A stretch of DNA of 58,017 nt from Planctomycetota bacterium (lineage in GTDB: Bacteria > Planctomycetota > UBA8108 > UBA1146): assembly GCA_012960845.1 (NCBI GenBank), contig DUAN01000226.1:1-58017 (forward strand). The letters run 5' to 3'. The translations under genes were made by a program, and so were the position numbers. Below are positions 35,789 through 44,004 of this stretch, in pieces (the stretch's first letter is position 1; every line of letters begins with the position of its first letter). The notes under the pieces were generated by a model. That model was not told the DNA's origin. It did not search any database and worked only from the letters and a program-made list of their open reading frames with translations.

Positions 35789-37411
35789 TCAGCGGTCACT
35801 GTCGGCGGATTCCGATTCTTCATCCTCTTGTGCGGGCATCTGTGACAGACCCCAGGATGTCAGGAACGCGAGCCTCGCAACATTTTGCAACTTGACCGGA
35901 ATCACATCCTCGACATCGTCGGTGGGCTTGTGATAGTCCTCGTGAAAACCACCAAAGAAGAAGACGGAGGGGATCCCTTTCTTGAGGAAGGGGGCCTGGT
36001 CTGATCTCTGGAGCACAGCGTCCATGCCGGTTTCATCGATCTCCAGTTCGAGTAACCGAGCCATTTCATAGATGATCCTACCCAGAGGTTCATCGCTGGC
36101 ACGACGCCCCACCTTGACCACTCGTTTCTGATTACGAGAAATCATGTCCATGTTGACCATCCCTGCGATGGACCCGCTATCAAATCCCCCATCGGCGACG
36201 AAGGCAGTAGATCCGTACAAGCCCAGTTCTTCCGCATCGAAGGCCACGAACAGCAGGGTCCGCCGGGTCTTCAAACGATTGAGAGCGTACGCCTCTGCCA
36301 CCTCCAGTAACGCTGCAACTCCTGAGGCGTTGTCATCCGCACCATTATGGATCTCACCGCTGGCCCCACCGCGTGAAAGGCCAGGGGACTTGCCTCGCCC
36401 GACATGGTCATAATGTGCTCCCACGACGATGTATTCATCCCGAAGATCCGGATCGGTGCCGGGCATCCGTCCGACGACATTTCGTCCAAGGCTCATGTCC
36501 CTGCCATCTCGACGAACTTCCATCACCACATACGGCCTGCCCATCACGACCGCTCCCTCATCGGAGGATTGCCGTTTCCACGACGACAGCGGTCTTCCTG
36601 AGATCTTCCAGATCTTGGCGATTCCAGCCCCGTGAACTCGGATGACCGGCAGCACAAACAAGTCCTGGGCATCCTCCGGGGGCCACACCTCGGACGGACT
36701 CGGCCGACACGATTCCCCCACCAGCATCAGTCCCATTGCGCCTCGGGCCTTGAGATTTTCGCAGTACAACTCAAGATCCTCATCGGAGATCTTCTGCTCG
36801 ACCGGTAGCACTGCGAAGCGACCCACGACTGGATCCCGTTCTCGATCTGCCCATGTTTCCAGAGGGTCCAGCATGAACGCACAGATGGCAGCGACATCGA
36901 CATCGGCAGAGCGTGGGTGGGGAAGAAATTCCTGGCGAAAATTCAGCAGGATTTCGCGTGTTGCTTTATCGGAAACCATCAGGCGGATTCGGTTTCCCTT
37001 CTCAATCGATCCGCGGACCCCATCCCTTCCGGGTATGGTGAAATTGTGAAACCAGCTGCCATTATCGCCCGCCGGGCTGACACCGATCTCCTCGAACCGC
37101 ATGGCGATGTACTCGGCGGAGTCGCTCGCGCCAGTACTTCCAGCCAGGCGACCTTCCCGCAGGTCGTCGGCGAGCCAACGCAGATGCTCCATCGCCTCAC
37201 GTCCGGTGATGGACCGGGCAGCATGTTTGACATCGGGAGCGATACGAGAATTCTTGTTGCGCCGACTGGAAGGTGCGATCCCCTGCGCATCGAGGAGTGG
37301 AGACAGCGTGACTACCGCCAGCAACATGGAGATGGCGATGGTCCGTGGCAGAAGCCGATGGCCTCCAGCGCCGTGTCGAATCGCAGTTCCTTCGAGAGTC
37401 TTATTTGGCAA
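35789..37411 (-). CDS. M28 family aminopeptidase with protease-associated (PA) domain
   Basis: Signal peptide. VVGAHYDHVG...NGADDNASGVAALLEVAEA...FVAFDAEELGLYGS...FHEDYHKPTDD. TTG start lies 5 nt after the infA stop. Confidence 0.8.
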   Translation of the reverse strand: MPNKTLEGTAIRHGAGGHRLLPRTIAISMLLAVVTLSPLLDAQGIAPSSRRNKNSRIAPDVKHAARSITGREAMEHLRWLADDLREGRLAGSTGASDSAEYIAMRFEEIGVSPAGDNGSWFHNFTIPGRDGVRGSIEKGNRIRLMVSDKATREILLNFRQEFLPHPRSADVDVAAICAFMLDPLETWADRERDPVVGRFAVLPVEQKISDEDLELYCENLKARGAMGLMLVGESCRPSPSEVWPPEDAQDLFVLPVIRVHGAGIAKIWKISGRPLSSWKRQSSDEGAVVMGRPYVVMEVRRDGRDMSLGRNVVGRMPGTDPDLRDEYIVVGAHYDHVGRGKSPGLSRGGASGEIHNGADDNASGVAALLEVAEAYALNRLKTRRTLLFVAFDAEELGLYGSTAFVADGGFDSGSIAGMVNMDMISRNQKRVVKVGRRASDEPLGRIIYEMARLLELEIDETGMDAVLQRSDQAPFLKKGIPSVFFFGGFHEDYHKPTDDVEDVIPVKLQNVARLAFLTSWGLSQMPAQEDEESESADSDR

Positions 37412-37416
37412 GAATC

Positions 37417-37635
37417 TTATCTTTCCCGGTAGACGATCCGACCCTTGGTCAGATCATAAGGGGAGATCTGAAGAGTTACATTGTCACCTGGGTTGATGCG
37501 GATGTAGTGCTTGCGCATCTTTCCGCTGATGTGGGCAAGAACGATGTGACCGTTCTCCAGCACACACCGAAACGTGGTATTCGGCAACGCTTCCTTGACG
37601 ATTGCCGTCACCTCGATCGGTTCCTCCTTCGCCAT
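37417..37635 (-). CDS. infA: translation initiation factor IF-1
   Basis: MAKEEPIEV...[34 protein letters not shown]...[13 protein letters not shown]. Confidence 0.95.
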   Translation of the reverse strand: MAKEEPIEVTAIVKEALPNTTFRCVLENGHIVLAHISGKMRKHYIRINPGDNVTLQISPYDLTKGRIVYRER

Positions 37636-37746
37636 TGAGATCCTCTCGCATATCTGTGGTTACTGGATCGAGGAGGTCTTCAAAGACCACCTCCTTTGGT
37701 TGCAGTACTTCGACTGCATTCTCATGTGACCCGAGTTTAGCCGGGG

Positions 37747-38280
37747 TCATCTAGAATCGCCACCGGTCCCATCGGGCTGAAGAAGAACCCGGGAACGGTT
37801 TCGCTGGGCCTGAACGATCGCCACCGCCAGGGCATCTGCAGCATCCGCTGGCCTGGGAGGCTCAGCCAACCCCAGAATCCTCTGGACCATCGCCTGCACC
37901 TGTTCCTTGCTGGCCCTGCCACTGCCGGTGACCCCCAATTTTACCACTGTTGCCGCCAGTTCCACCACTCTCAACTGTGCCAGGGAACAGGCCAGGATGC
38001 ACACCGCTCGACCTTCCCCCGCAAGAAGTGCACTACGAGCGTTCTTGCCGTGAAACACCTCTTCCACCGCTGCCATATCTGGCTGATGGAGGGCAATCGC
38101 ACGCTTCACCTCCTGATGGATCTGCAGCAACCTCTCCGGGTGTGGCAGGTCGGTCGAGGTGCGGAGGGAACCGTATTCGACCAGCGAAAATCCGGGGCCA
38201 TCCACATCGATCACTCCCCAGCCCATCTTCGCCAATCCTGGATCGATCCCCAGAACTCGCAGAGGTTTCCGATCACTCAT
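37747..38280 (-). CDS. ruvC: crossover junction endodeoxyribonuclease RuvC
   Basis: LRVLGIDPGLAKMGWGVID...AVEEVF...GSGRASKEQV...DAADALAVA. ATG 38280 overlaps the der 3' end by 8 nt. Confidence 0.88.
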   Translation of the reverse strand: MSDRKPLRVLGIDPGLAKMGWGVIDVDGPGFSLVEYGSLRTSTDLPHPERLLQIHQEVKRAIALHQPDMAAVEEVFHGKNARSALLAGEGRAVCILACSLAQLRVVELAATVVKLGVTGSGRASKEQVQAMVQRILGLAEPPRPADAADALAVAIVQAQRNRSRVLLQPDGTGGDSR

Positions 38281-39589
38281 CCCTCTTGCCTTTCTCTCGG
38301 TAGAAGATCCGGACCGGCACTTCAGGAATATCGAGCAGTTCACGCAATTTGTTCTCCACTGCGCGTTTCAACTGAGGTGTGAAGAAATCGGGTTTATTGA
38401 CGAACATCGCTATCGTGGGTGGCATCACATCGACCTGGGTCGCGTAGTAGATCTTCGGTTCCTTACCATGTTTCACCCTTGGCCTGGGTCCATTTCGAAT
38501 CGACTCCACGGCACGATTCAAGACTCCAGTACCCACTCTGGTGACCGCCTGCTTCGCTAGAGATTGCACCAGAGAGATGCATCTCGTCACGTTGCGACCT
38601 TCCTTGGCAGTCATGAAGAGGACTGGCGCAAATCCGATTCCTGGCAATTTCAATGCGAGGTACTTCTCGTACTCCTCCATCGTGGTCCGGTCCTTGGCCA
38701 GGTCCCACTTGTTGACCGCGATGACGCAGGGTCGATGGCGATTCATCACTTCTCGGGCGATTCTCATGTCAAGCTGGGAAACTCCGTGGACCGCATCGAT
38801 GAGAAAAACCACCACATCCGAGCGACCGATCGCCGCAAGAGTCCTCGCTTGAGCGTAGAATTCGACCGAATCCTTCAGCTTACCTCGCCGAAGCATCCCT
38901 GCGGTATCGATGGCAACGAATGAGATCCCGTCCTTTTCGAATCGAACGTCCACGGCATCCCTGGTGGTGCCAGCGATGTCACTAACGATCACTCGTTCCT
39001 CACCGATCAACGCGTTGATGAATGTCGATTTACCGGCATTGCGACGCCCTACGATGGAAATCTTCAATGCTGGTTTGGCAGTTTCGGTCTCACCGACCGG
39101 GATGTCCGCCACGAATCTCTCGATCAAATCAGATACACCATCGCCATGTTCCGCCGAGATTGGCCGGGGTTCACCGAGACCGAGCGCCCAGAATTCGGAG
39201 ATGGAATCGACTTCCCGATCGGCCTCGCACTTGTTCACCACCAGGTGACACTTCTTCCCCAGTGGGCGGAGCCGATTGGCGACCTGCTCATCGAGAGAAT
39301 GAAGTCCAGCCTTACCATCGACCAGCATCAAGATCAAATCCGCACTGGCGATCGCCACATCGATCTGGTGATGGATATCTGAATCGAGTGCCACTTCATC
39401 GGTGATTCCGATGCCGCCAGTGTCGATGATCTCGATGTTTCGATCGAGGATTTCCACCTCGACACTGATTCGATCCCGTGTCACTCCGGGACGATCATCG
39501 ACGATGCTGACACGCCTGCGAGCCAGGCGATTGAGCAGCGTAGACTTCCCTACATTGGGTCTCCCCACGATAGCGATACGGGGCATCAT
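38273..39589 (-). CDS. der: ribosome-associated GTPase Der (EngA), tandem G domains plus KH-like domain
   Basis: IAIVGRPNVGKSTLLNRL and IVGRRNAGKSTFINAL P-loops, DTGG/DTAG, NKCE/NKWD. Confidence 0.92.
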   Translation of the reverse strand: MMPRIAIVGRPNVGKSTLLNRLARRRVSIVDDRPGVTRDRISVEVEILDRNIEIIDTGGIGITDEVALDSDIHHQIDVAIASADLILMLVDGKAGLHSLDEQVANRLRPLGKKCHLVVNKCEADREVDSISEFWALGLGEPRPISAEHGDGVSDLIERFVADIPVGETETAKPALKISIVGRRNAGKSTFINALIGEERVIVSDIAGTTRDAVDVRFEKDGISFVAIDTAGMLRRGKLKDSVEFYAQARTLAAIGRSDVVVFLIDAVHGVSQLDMRIAREVMNRHRPCVIAVNKWDLAKDRTTMEEYEKYLALKLPGIGFAPVLFMTAKEGRNVTRCISLVQSLAKQAVTRVGTGVLNRAVESIRNGPRPRVKHGKEPKIYYATQVDVMPPTIAMFVNKPDFFTPQLKRAVENKLRELLDIPEVPVRIFYREKGKRDE

Positions 39590-40245
39590 CGGGATCCTCG
39601 AAACCAGTGCAGAAGTGTCACGACCGTTTTTCCATCGATAATCTCCCCGCTGGAGAGCAGTGATTCCAACTGTTCACGAGAACAGAAATGTACCTGAACC
39701 CACTCATCTTCATCGGTGTCCTGCCCCACAAATTCCAACTCTTCGGCCAGATAGATGTACATCCGCTCATCGCTGAAACCGACCGCTGGCAGGATGTCGA
39801 ACATGTGCGTGATCTTACCCGCCTGGTACCCGGTTTCTTCACGGACTTCCCGTTTGGCACATTCAATTGGTTTCTCACCCTGGTCAATCAGTCCGGCAGG
39901 AATTTCCAGCAAGTTGTGGCCCAGTGCAGAACGGTGCTGCTCCACCAGCACGATACGACCATCGGGTAAGAGTGGCAGGATCACTGCAGCCCCGGGATGA
40001 CGGATCACATCGCGATTCACGATGCGCCCGTCGGGCAGTCTTTCCTTCAGTTCATGCATCTGGTATCGAGTACCGGAGTAAGCCAGAGTTTCCTCAACGG
40101 CCACGAATCGAGGGTCGATACGACTCCCGCAACCTTTCTGATCGAGTTTTCCCGATGAAAAAGCAGGAAGCCCGGATCCAGATTCTGATGGGTCCATTTG
40201 AGCACACCATTTCTCGCTCCGGGTCCGACGATGGCGGAACCCCAT
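39586..40245 (-). CDS. NUDIX hydrolase (ADP-ribose pyrophosphatase-like)
   Basis: Nudix box GLIDQGEKPIECAKREVREETGY. ATG 40245 has GAAGGGG 8 nt upstream. Its stop overlaps the der start (ATGA). Confidence 0.8.
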   Translation of the reverse strand: MGFRHRRTRSEKWCAQMDPSESGSGLPAFSSGKLDQKGCGSRIDPRFVAVEETLAYSGTRYQMHELKERLPDGRIVNRDVIRHPGAAVILPLLPDGRIVLVEQHRSALGHNLLEIPAGLIDQGEKPIECAKREVREETGYQAGKITHMFDILPAVGFSDERMYIYLAEELEFVGQDTDEDEWVQVHFCSREQLESLLSSGEIIDGKTVVTLLHWFRGSR

Positions 40246-40257
40246 GTTGGAGCCCCT

Positions 40258-40734
40258 TCAGTCTAGCGAATTGCTCCGGGGAAGTGGAGCGGATCCGGGT
40301 TCCTTACCCCTCAGGGCACTGGTGACATGAAATCGTGCCGCAAGCGCTCCGTCGGGCAGGCGAGCCTCGACCACGTCTTCCAGATCGACCCGGCCATGAG
40401 ACTTCATTTCACTGCAGGCATGATCCAGTTGATCGGTATCGATGGCAAATCGAAGTTCCACGGATCGGCTTGCCGGTTGGACAAATTCTCCACGGATGGC
40501 ACGACTCCAGCAGGTACTCGAGATCCCCTGGAGTGCCAAATATCGCCAGTAAAGGATGGGAAAGAACGGATCTGCCGCGCTGAAGAGAGCTCCCCCGAAT
40601 GTGCTCCCCATCAAGTTGCGAGTCAGAATCGTCTTACGAACCCGGACCACAGCGAACTGGAATTCAGAATCGATCTCGGTGATCCGGATGCCCTGAAACA
40701 GGAATGGAGGCCAGAGATTCATCCACCACCGCAT
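40258..40734 (-). CDS. hotdog-fold thioesterase-like protein (PaaI/YiiD-C/DUF4442-like)
   Basis: Start trimmed from ORF 40258..40893 to ATG 40734, because the upstream part overlaps the mnmG 3' end. Motif NLMGSTFGGALFSAADP resembles hotdog thioesterases. Family assignment is tentative. Confidence 0.5.
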   Translation of the reverse strand: MRWWMNLWPPFLFQGIRITEIDSEFQFAVVRVRKTILTRNLMGSTFGGALFSAADPFFPILYWRYLALQGISSTCWSRAIRGEFVQPASRSVELRFAIDTDQLDHACSEMKSHGRVDLEDVVEARLPDGALAARFHVTSALRGKEPGSAPLPRSNSLD

Positions 40735-40760
40735 GCGGCTGGCGGGGGTCTGTTCATCGA

Positions 40761-42596
40761 TCAACTGGACTCCAGTTCCTCTTCCAATCCTCGAACTCGA
40801 AGTGCCACCATCAAGCACGAAATGTCGGACGGGCTCACTCCTGCGATCCGTTGAGCGGAAGCCACGGTATCCGGTTTCAGGCGATTCAGCCAATCTCTCG
40901 CTTCATTTCGCAGCCCTGGGATGGTGTCGTAGTTGAGGTCTGCAGGGAGAGACCATTGCTCCTGGCGACGCATCCTCGCGACCTCGCCCTGTTGTCGTTC
41001 GATGTAAGATTCATATCGAACGGCGACTCGAACCTGATCACGGAGTCGGACGTCGAGATCCCAGTTCTCGACGCCGGGAACCGCTTCGATGAGTCCGCTC
41101 CAGGTCGCTCCCGGGATTCTCATCATCTCATGCAAGGTGCGAGTGCCATGCCGTTCCCGATGAAGGCGGCTGACAGTTTCGGTGATCTGTTGTTGATCTC
41201 TGCGAACTCGATCCGCCTGCTCCTGGCTGATCAACCCCAGCATCTCGCCCTTCTCCGCCAACCTCAGATCGGCGTTGTCATGGCGCAGCATCAATCGGAA
41301 CTCAGCCCTGGAGGTGAACATCCGGTACGGTTCACGAGGGTCGCAACGAACCAGATCATCTGCCAGTACGCCGATGTACGCTTCATCTCTCCCGAGGATC
41401 AGGGGCGGTTGATTCGCCAGGTCGAGCGCCGCATTGACCCCTGCCAGGAATCCTTGTGCGGCGGCCTCCTCGTAACCACTGGTTCCACAGATCTGGCCCG
41501 CCAGGTAGAGGCCGGAGAGCGCCTGACATTCAAAGGTACGGGCGATCTGATGAGGGGGAAAAAAGTCATACTCCACGGCATATCCGTGGCGCAGGAAGCG
41601 TGCCTTCTTCAGTCCTGGAATCCTCGCCACCAACTGCTCCTGCGCCTCGGCAGGCAAACTGGTGGAGATCCCGTTGACGTAGATCGAAGGGGTTTGCAGT
41701 CCTTCTCGCTCGAGGTGAACCACGTGTCCCTGCCGATCGGGGAACCGAACCACCTTGTCCTCGATGGATGGACAGTATCTGGGCCCCACACCCTCGATCT
41801 GTCCCGAGAAAATCGGACTGCGATGAAGGTACTCACGAATCACATCGTGAACCGATTCATCGGTGCGAGTGGTATGGCAGTTCATCCATTCCCGCTCGGG
41901 CAACTGCTTCCAGTGACTGAAGCCTTGAGGATTTGCATCCGGATGTTGCACCTCTAACTGGGACCAGTCGATCGATGATCCATCGAGTCTCGGTGGAGTT
42001 CCGGTCTTGAGCCTTCCCGTCTCCAGCCCCAGCCCCCCCAGCGCTCCGGTCAGTTGCCGGACGGTTCCCTCGCCGATCCGTCCTCCCTCCGACTGGGTTT
42101 CACCGATATGCATCACCGCTCGCAGGAAGGTACCGTTGGTCAGGATCACCTTGCGAGAGGTCACCGTCGCCCCATCCTCCAGCTGGACACCTGCCGCCAC
42201 ACCGTCGACGATGTGAATGTCCTCCACCGAACCCTCGACCACTCTCAAGTGCGGCTGGACGGAAATCAGTCGCCGCATCTCTCTCGAATAGAGATCCTTA
42301 TCGACCTGGGCTCGCAACGACTGGACAGCCTCACCCTTGGATGTGTTGAGCATCCTGTAGTGGAGACCGGCGACGTCTGCCACCTGTGCCTGAACCCCTC
42401 CGAGAGCATCGATCTCTCGAGTCAACTGCCCCTTGCCGATGCCTCCGATGGCAGGATTACAGGAGAGAGCTCCTATGGTGTCCTCGCTCAAGGTGACGAG
42501 AATCGTCTCGCGACCGAGCCGTGCCGCCGCAAGCGCCGCTTCGCAGCCGGCGTGCCCACCTCCGACCACGATCACTTCTGCATCTACATCTCTCAT
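40761..42596 (-). CDS. mnmG: tRNA uridine 5-carboxymethylaminomethyl modification enzyme MnmG (GidA)
   Basis: VIVVGGGHAGCEAALAAAR FAD motif, CNPAIGG.GKG.L.REIDALGG, and full-length family layout. Confidence 0.93.
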   Translation of the reverse strand: MRDVDAEVIVVGGGHAGCEAALAAARLGRETILVTLSEDTIGALSCNPAIGGIGKGQLTREIDALGGVQAQVADVAGLHYRMLNTSKGEAVQSLRAQVDKDLYSREMRRLISVQPHLRVVEGSVEDIHIVDGVAAGVQLEDGATVTSRKVILTNGTFLRAVMHIGETQSEGGRIGEGTVRQLTGALGGLGLETGRLKTGTPPRLDGSSIDWSQLEVQHPDANPQGFSHWKQLPEREWMNCHTTRTDESVHDVIREYLHRSPIFSGQIEGVGPRYCPSIEDKVVRFPDRQGHVVHLEREGLQTPSIYVNGISTSLPAEAQEQLVARIPGLKKARFLRHGYAVEYDFFPPHQIARTFECQALSGLYLAGQICGTSGYEEAAAQGFLAGVNAALDLANQPPLILGRDEAYIGVLADDLVRCDPREPYRMFTSRAEFRLMLRHDNADLRLAEKGEMLGLISQEQADRVRRDQQQITETVSRLHRERHGTRTLHEMMRIPGATWSGLIEAVPGVENWDLDVRLRDQVRVAVRYESYIERQQGEVARMRRQEQWSLPADLNYDTIPGLRNEARDWLNRLKPDTVASAQRIAGVSPSDISCLMVALRVRGLEEELESS

Positions 42597-43888
42597 GCGG
42601 AATTTTCTCGCTGGTAAAATAATCCCTCAAGGCGCTCGAAGTAGTGTGGATCCGATTTAGAGACGCAATCGGCGTCCAGTACCCGGGTCCCCTCCACCTT
42701 CAAGGCCAGCAGGGAAAACGCCATCGCCATCCGGTGATCCCTCGCTGGATCCAGATCCGCCGCGACCAGATCGACCCCATCGCTGCCGACCACCCGCAAC
42801 AGATCTCCGCGAACCTCTGCGCGGATCCCCATCGCCTTCATTCCACGGCACAGCACCATCAGCCGATCCGTTTCCTTGACCCGAAGATGGGAGACCCCGG
42901 AAAAGATCGATTCACCTCGAGCAAATGCTGCCACCACCGCCACCGCGGGAACCAGGTCGGGGGTTCCCTCCATGTTTCTTGAAATCGCCTTCACGGCTGG
43001 GCCATGAACCCGAATAGATCGTTCACCGATCTCCACCGGACACCCCATCTCGGACAGGATCTCGCCGATCACCCGGTCCCCTTGCAGCGATCGGGTTCCA
43101 ACGCCTTCGACCGTAACATCGCCGGAAACGAGCGCTGCCGCACAGAGCGGAAATGCCGCGGATGATGCATCCGCCTCGACTTCGATTCTGCCCGATCGCA
43201 ACTCCGAAGCGGTCATCACTGTGATCTCTCTCGGTTGCGTTCCCACCTTCACGCCGAAGGCGCGCAAGACTGCGGCGGTCAGATCGATGTACGGTCGGGA
43301 ATAGATGGGCCCCACCAGTCGAAGAATCAGCCCGGCGGGAAGGTGCGGAGCGATCAGCATCAGAGCACTGGCAAACTGACTCGAAACTGCCGCCTGCAGA
43401 ACGACCCGTCCCCCCTCCATCGATCCTCCTCGGATACAAACAGGAGGACCTTCTCCTTCACAATCGATGTCGCAACCCAGATCTCGTAGAGCCTGGACCA
43501 GCGGTAAAATCGGACGATGAGAAACCCCATCGATGTGAGTTTCCTCGCCACGCAACGCCAGCAGCGCCGTCAGAAATCGCATCCCGGTGCCATTGGCTCC
43601 GACATCGATGCGACCGGCACCGGCGGGGAATCGACCGGCACAACCGACGATCTTCAGCGGCCCCGGTAACTGTCCTGAGATCTCAAATCCCAGATCGATC
43701 AACGCTGCGAGATAGATCTCAAGGTCATCATTCTTCGGTGCGCCGATCACCTGGCTCTCACCGTCGGCCAGCAGTGCCGAGAAGATCACCCTTTGAGCTA
43801 CCGACTTGGATCCGGCCGTACGCACCTGACCCCGTAGCGAGACGCGATGGTCAACACTCCAGATTCGAGCTGTAGATTCGCTGTTCAT
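42593..43888 (-). CDS. aroA: 3-phosphoshikimate 1-carboxyvinyltransferase (EPSP synthase)
   Basis: AGSKSVAQRVIFSALLADGES...LRVKETDRL...DHRMAMAFSLLAL. Start set to ATG 43888 on N-terminal length relative to known AroA (alternative 43963). Its stop overlaps the mnmG start (ATGA). Confidence 0.88.
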   Translation of the reverse strand: MNSESTARIWSVDHRVSLRGQVRTAGSKSVAQRVIFSALLADGESQVIGAPKNDDLEIYLAALIDLGFEISGQLPGPLKIVGCAGRFPAGAGRIDVGANGTGMRFLTALLALRGEETHIDGVSHRPILPLVQALRDLGCDIDCEGEGPPVCIRGGSMEGGRVVLQAAVSSQFASALMLIAPHLPAGLILRLVGPIYSRPYIDLTAAVLRAFGVKVGTQPREITVMTASELRSGRIEVEADASSAAFPLCAAALVSGDVTVEGVGTRSLQGDRVIGEILSEMGCPVEIGERSIRVHGPAVKAISRNMEGTPDLVPAVAVVAAFARGESIFSGVSHLRVKETDRLMVLCRGMKAMGIRAEVRGDLLRVVGSDGVDLVAADLDPARDHRMAMAFSLLALKVEGTRVLDADCVSKSDPHYFERLEGLFYQRENSA

Positions 43889-44004
43889 TGCAGGATCATA
43901 CACCCAACACTGACCCACGGCATCGAGACACGCAGGGTTGCACAGCAGTAGATCCCTCTCCATCCTGCGTAGCGTCGACCCGTGGGGTCTAGGAGGAGCC
44001 TGAA

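Noticed and set aside
40704-41957. A 417-aa plus-strand ORF antisense to mnmG. Similar long antisense ORFs occur at 125..976, 19803..20663, 24394..25278, 30232..31110, 30968..31894, 49944..50918 and 53275..53934.
   Set aside because: Each lies entirely opposite a gene with unmistakable family motifs. Their translations are Arg/Pro/Gly/Ser-rich low-complexity sequence without recognisable domains. This is typical of shadow ORFs in GC-rich coding DNA.
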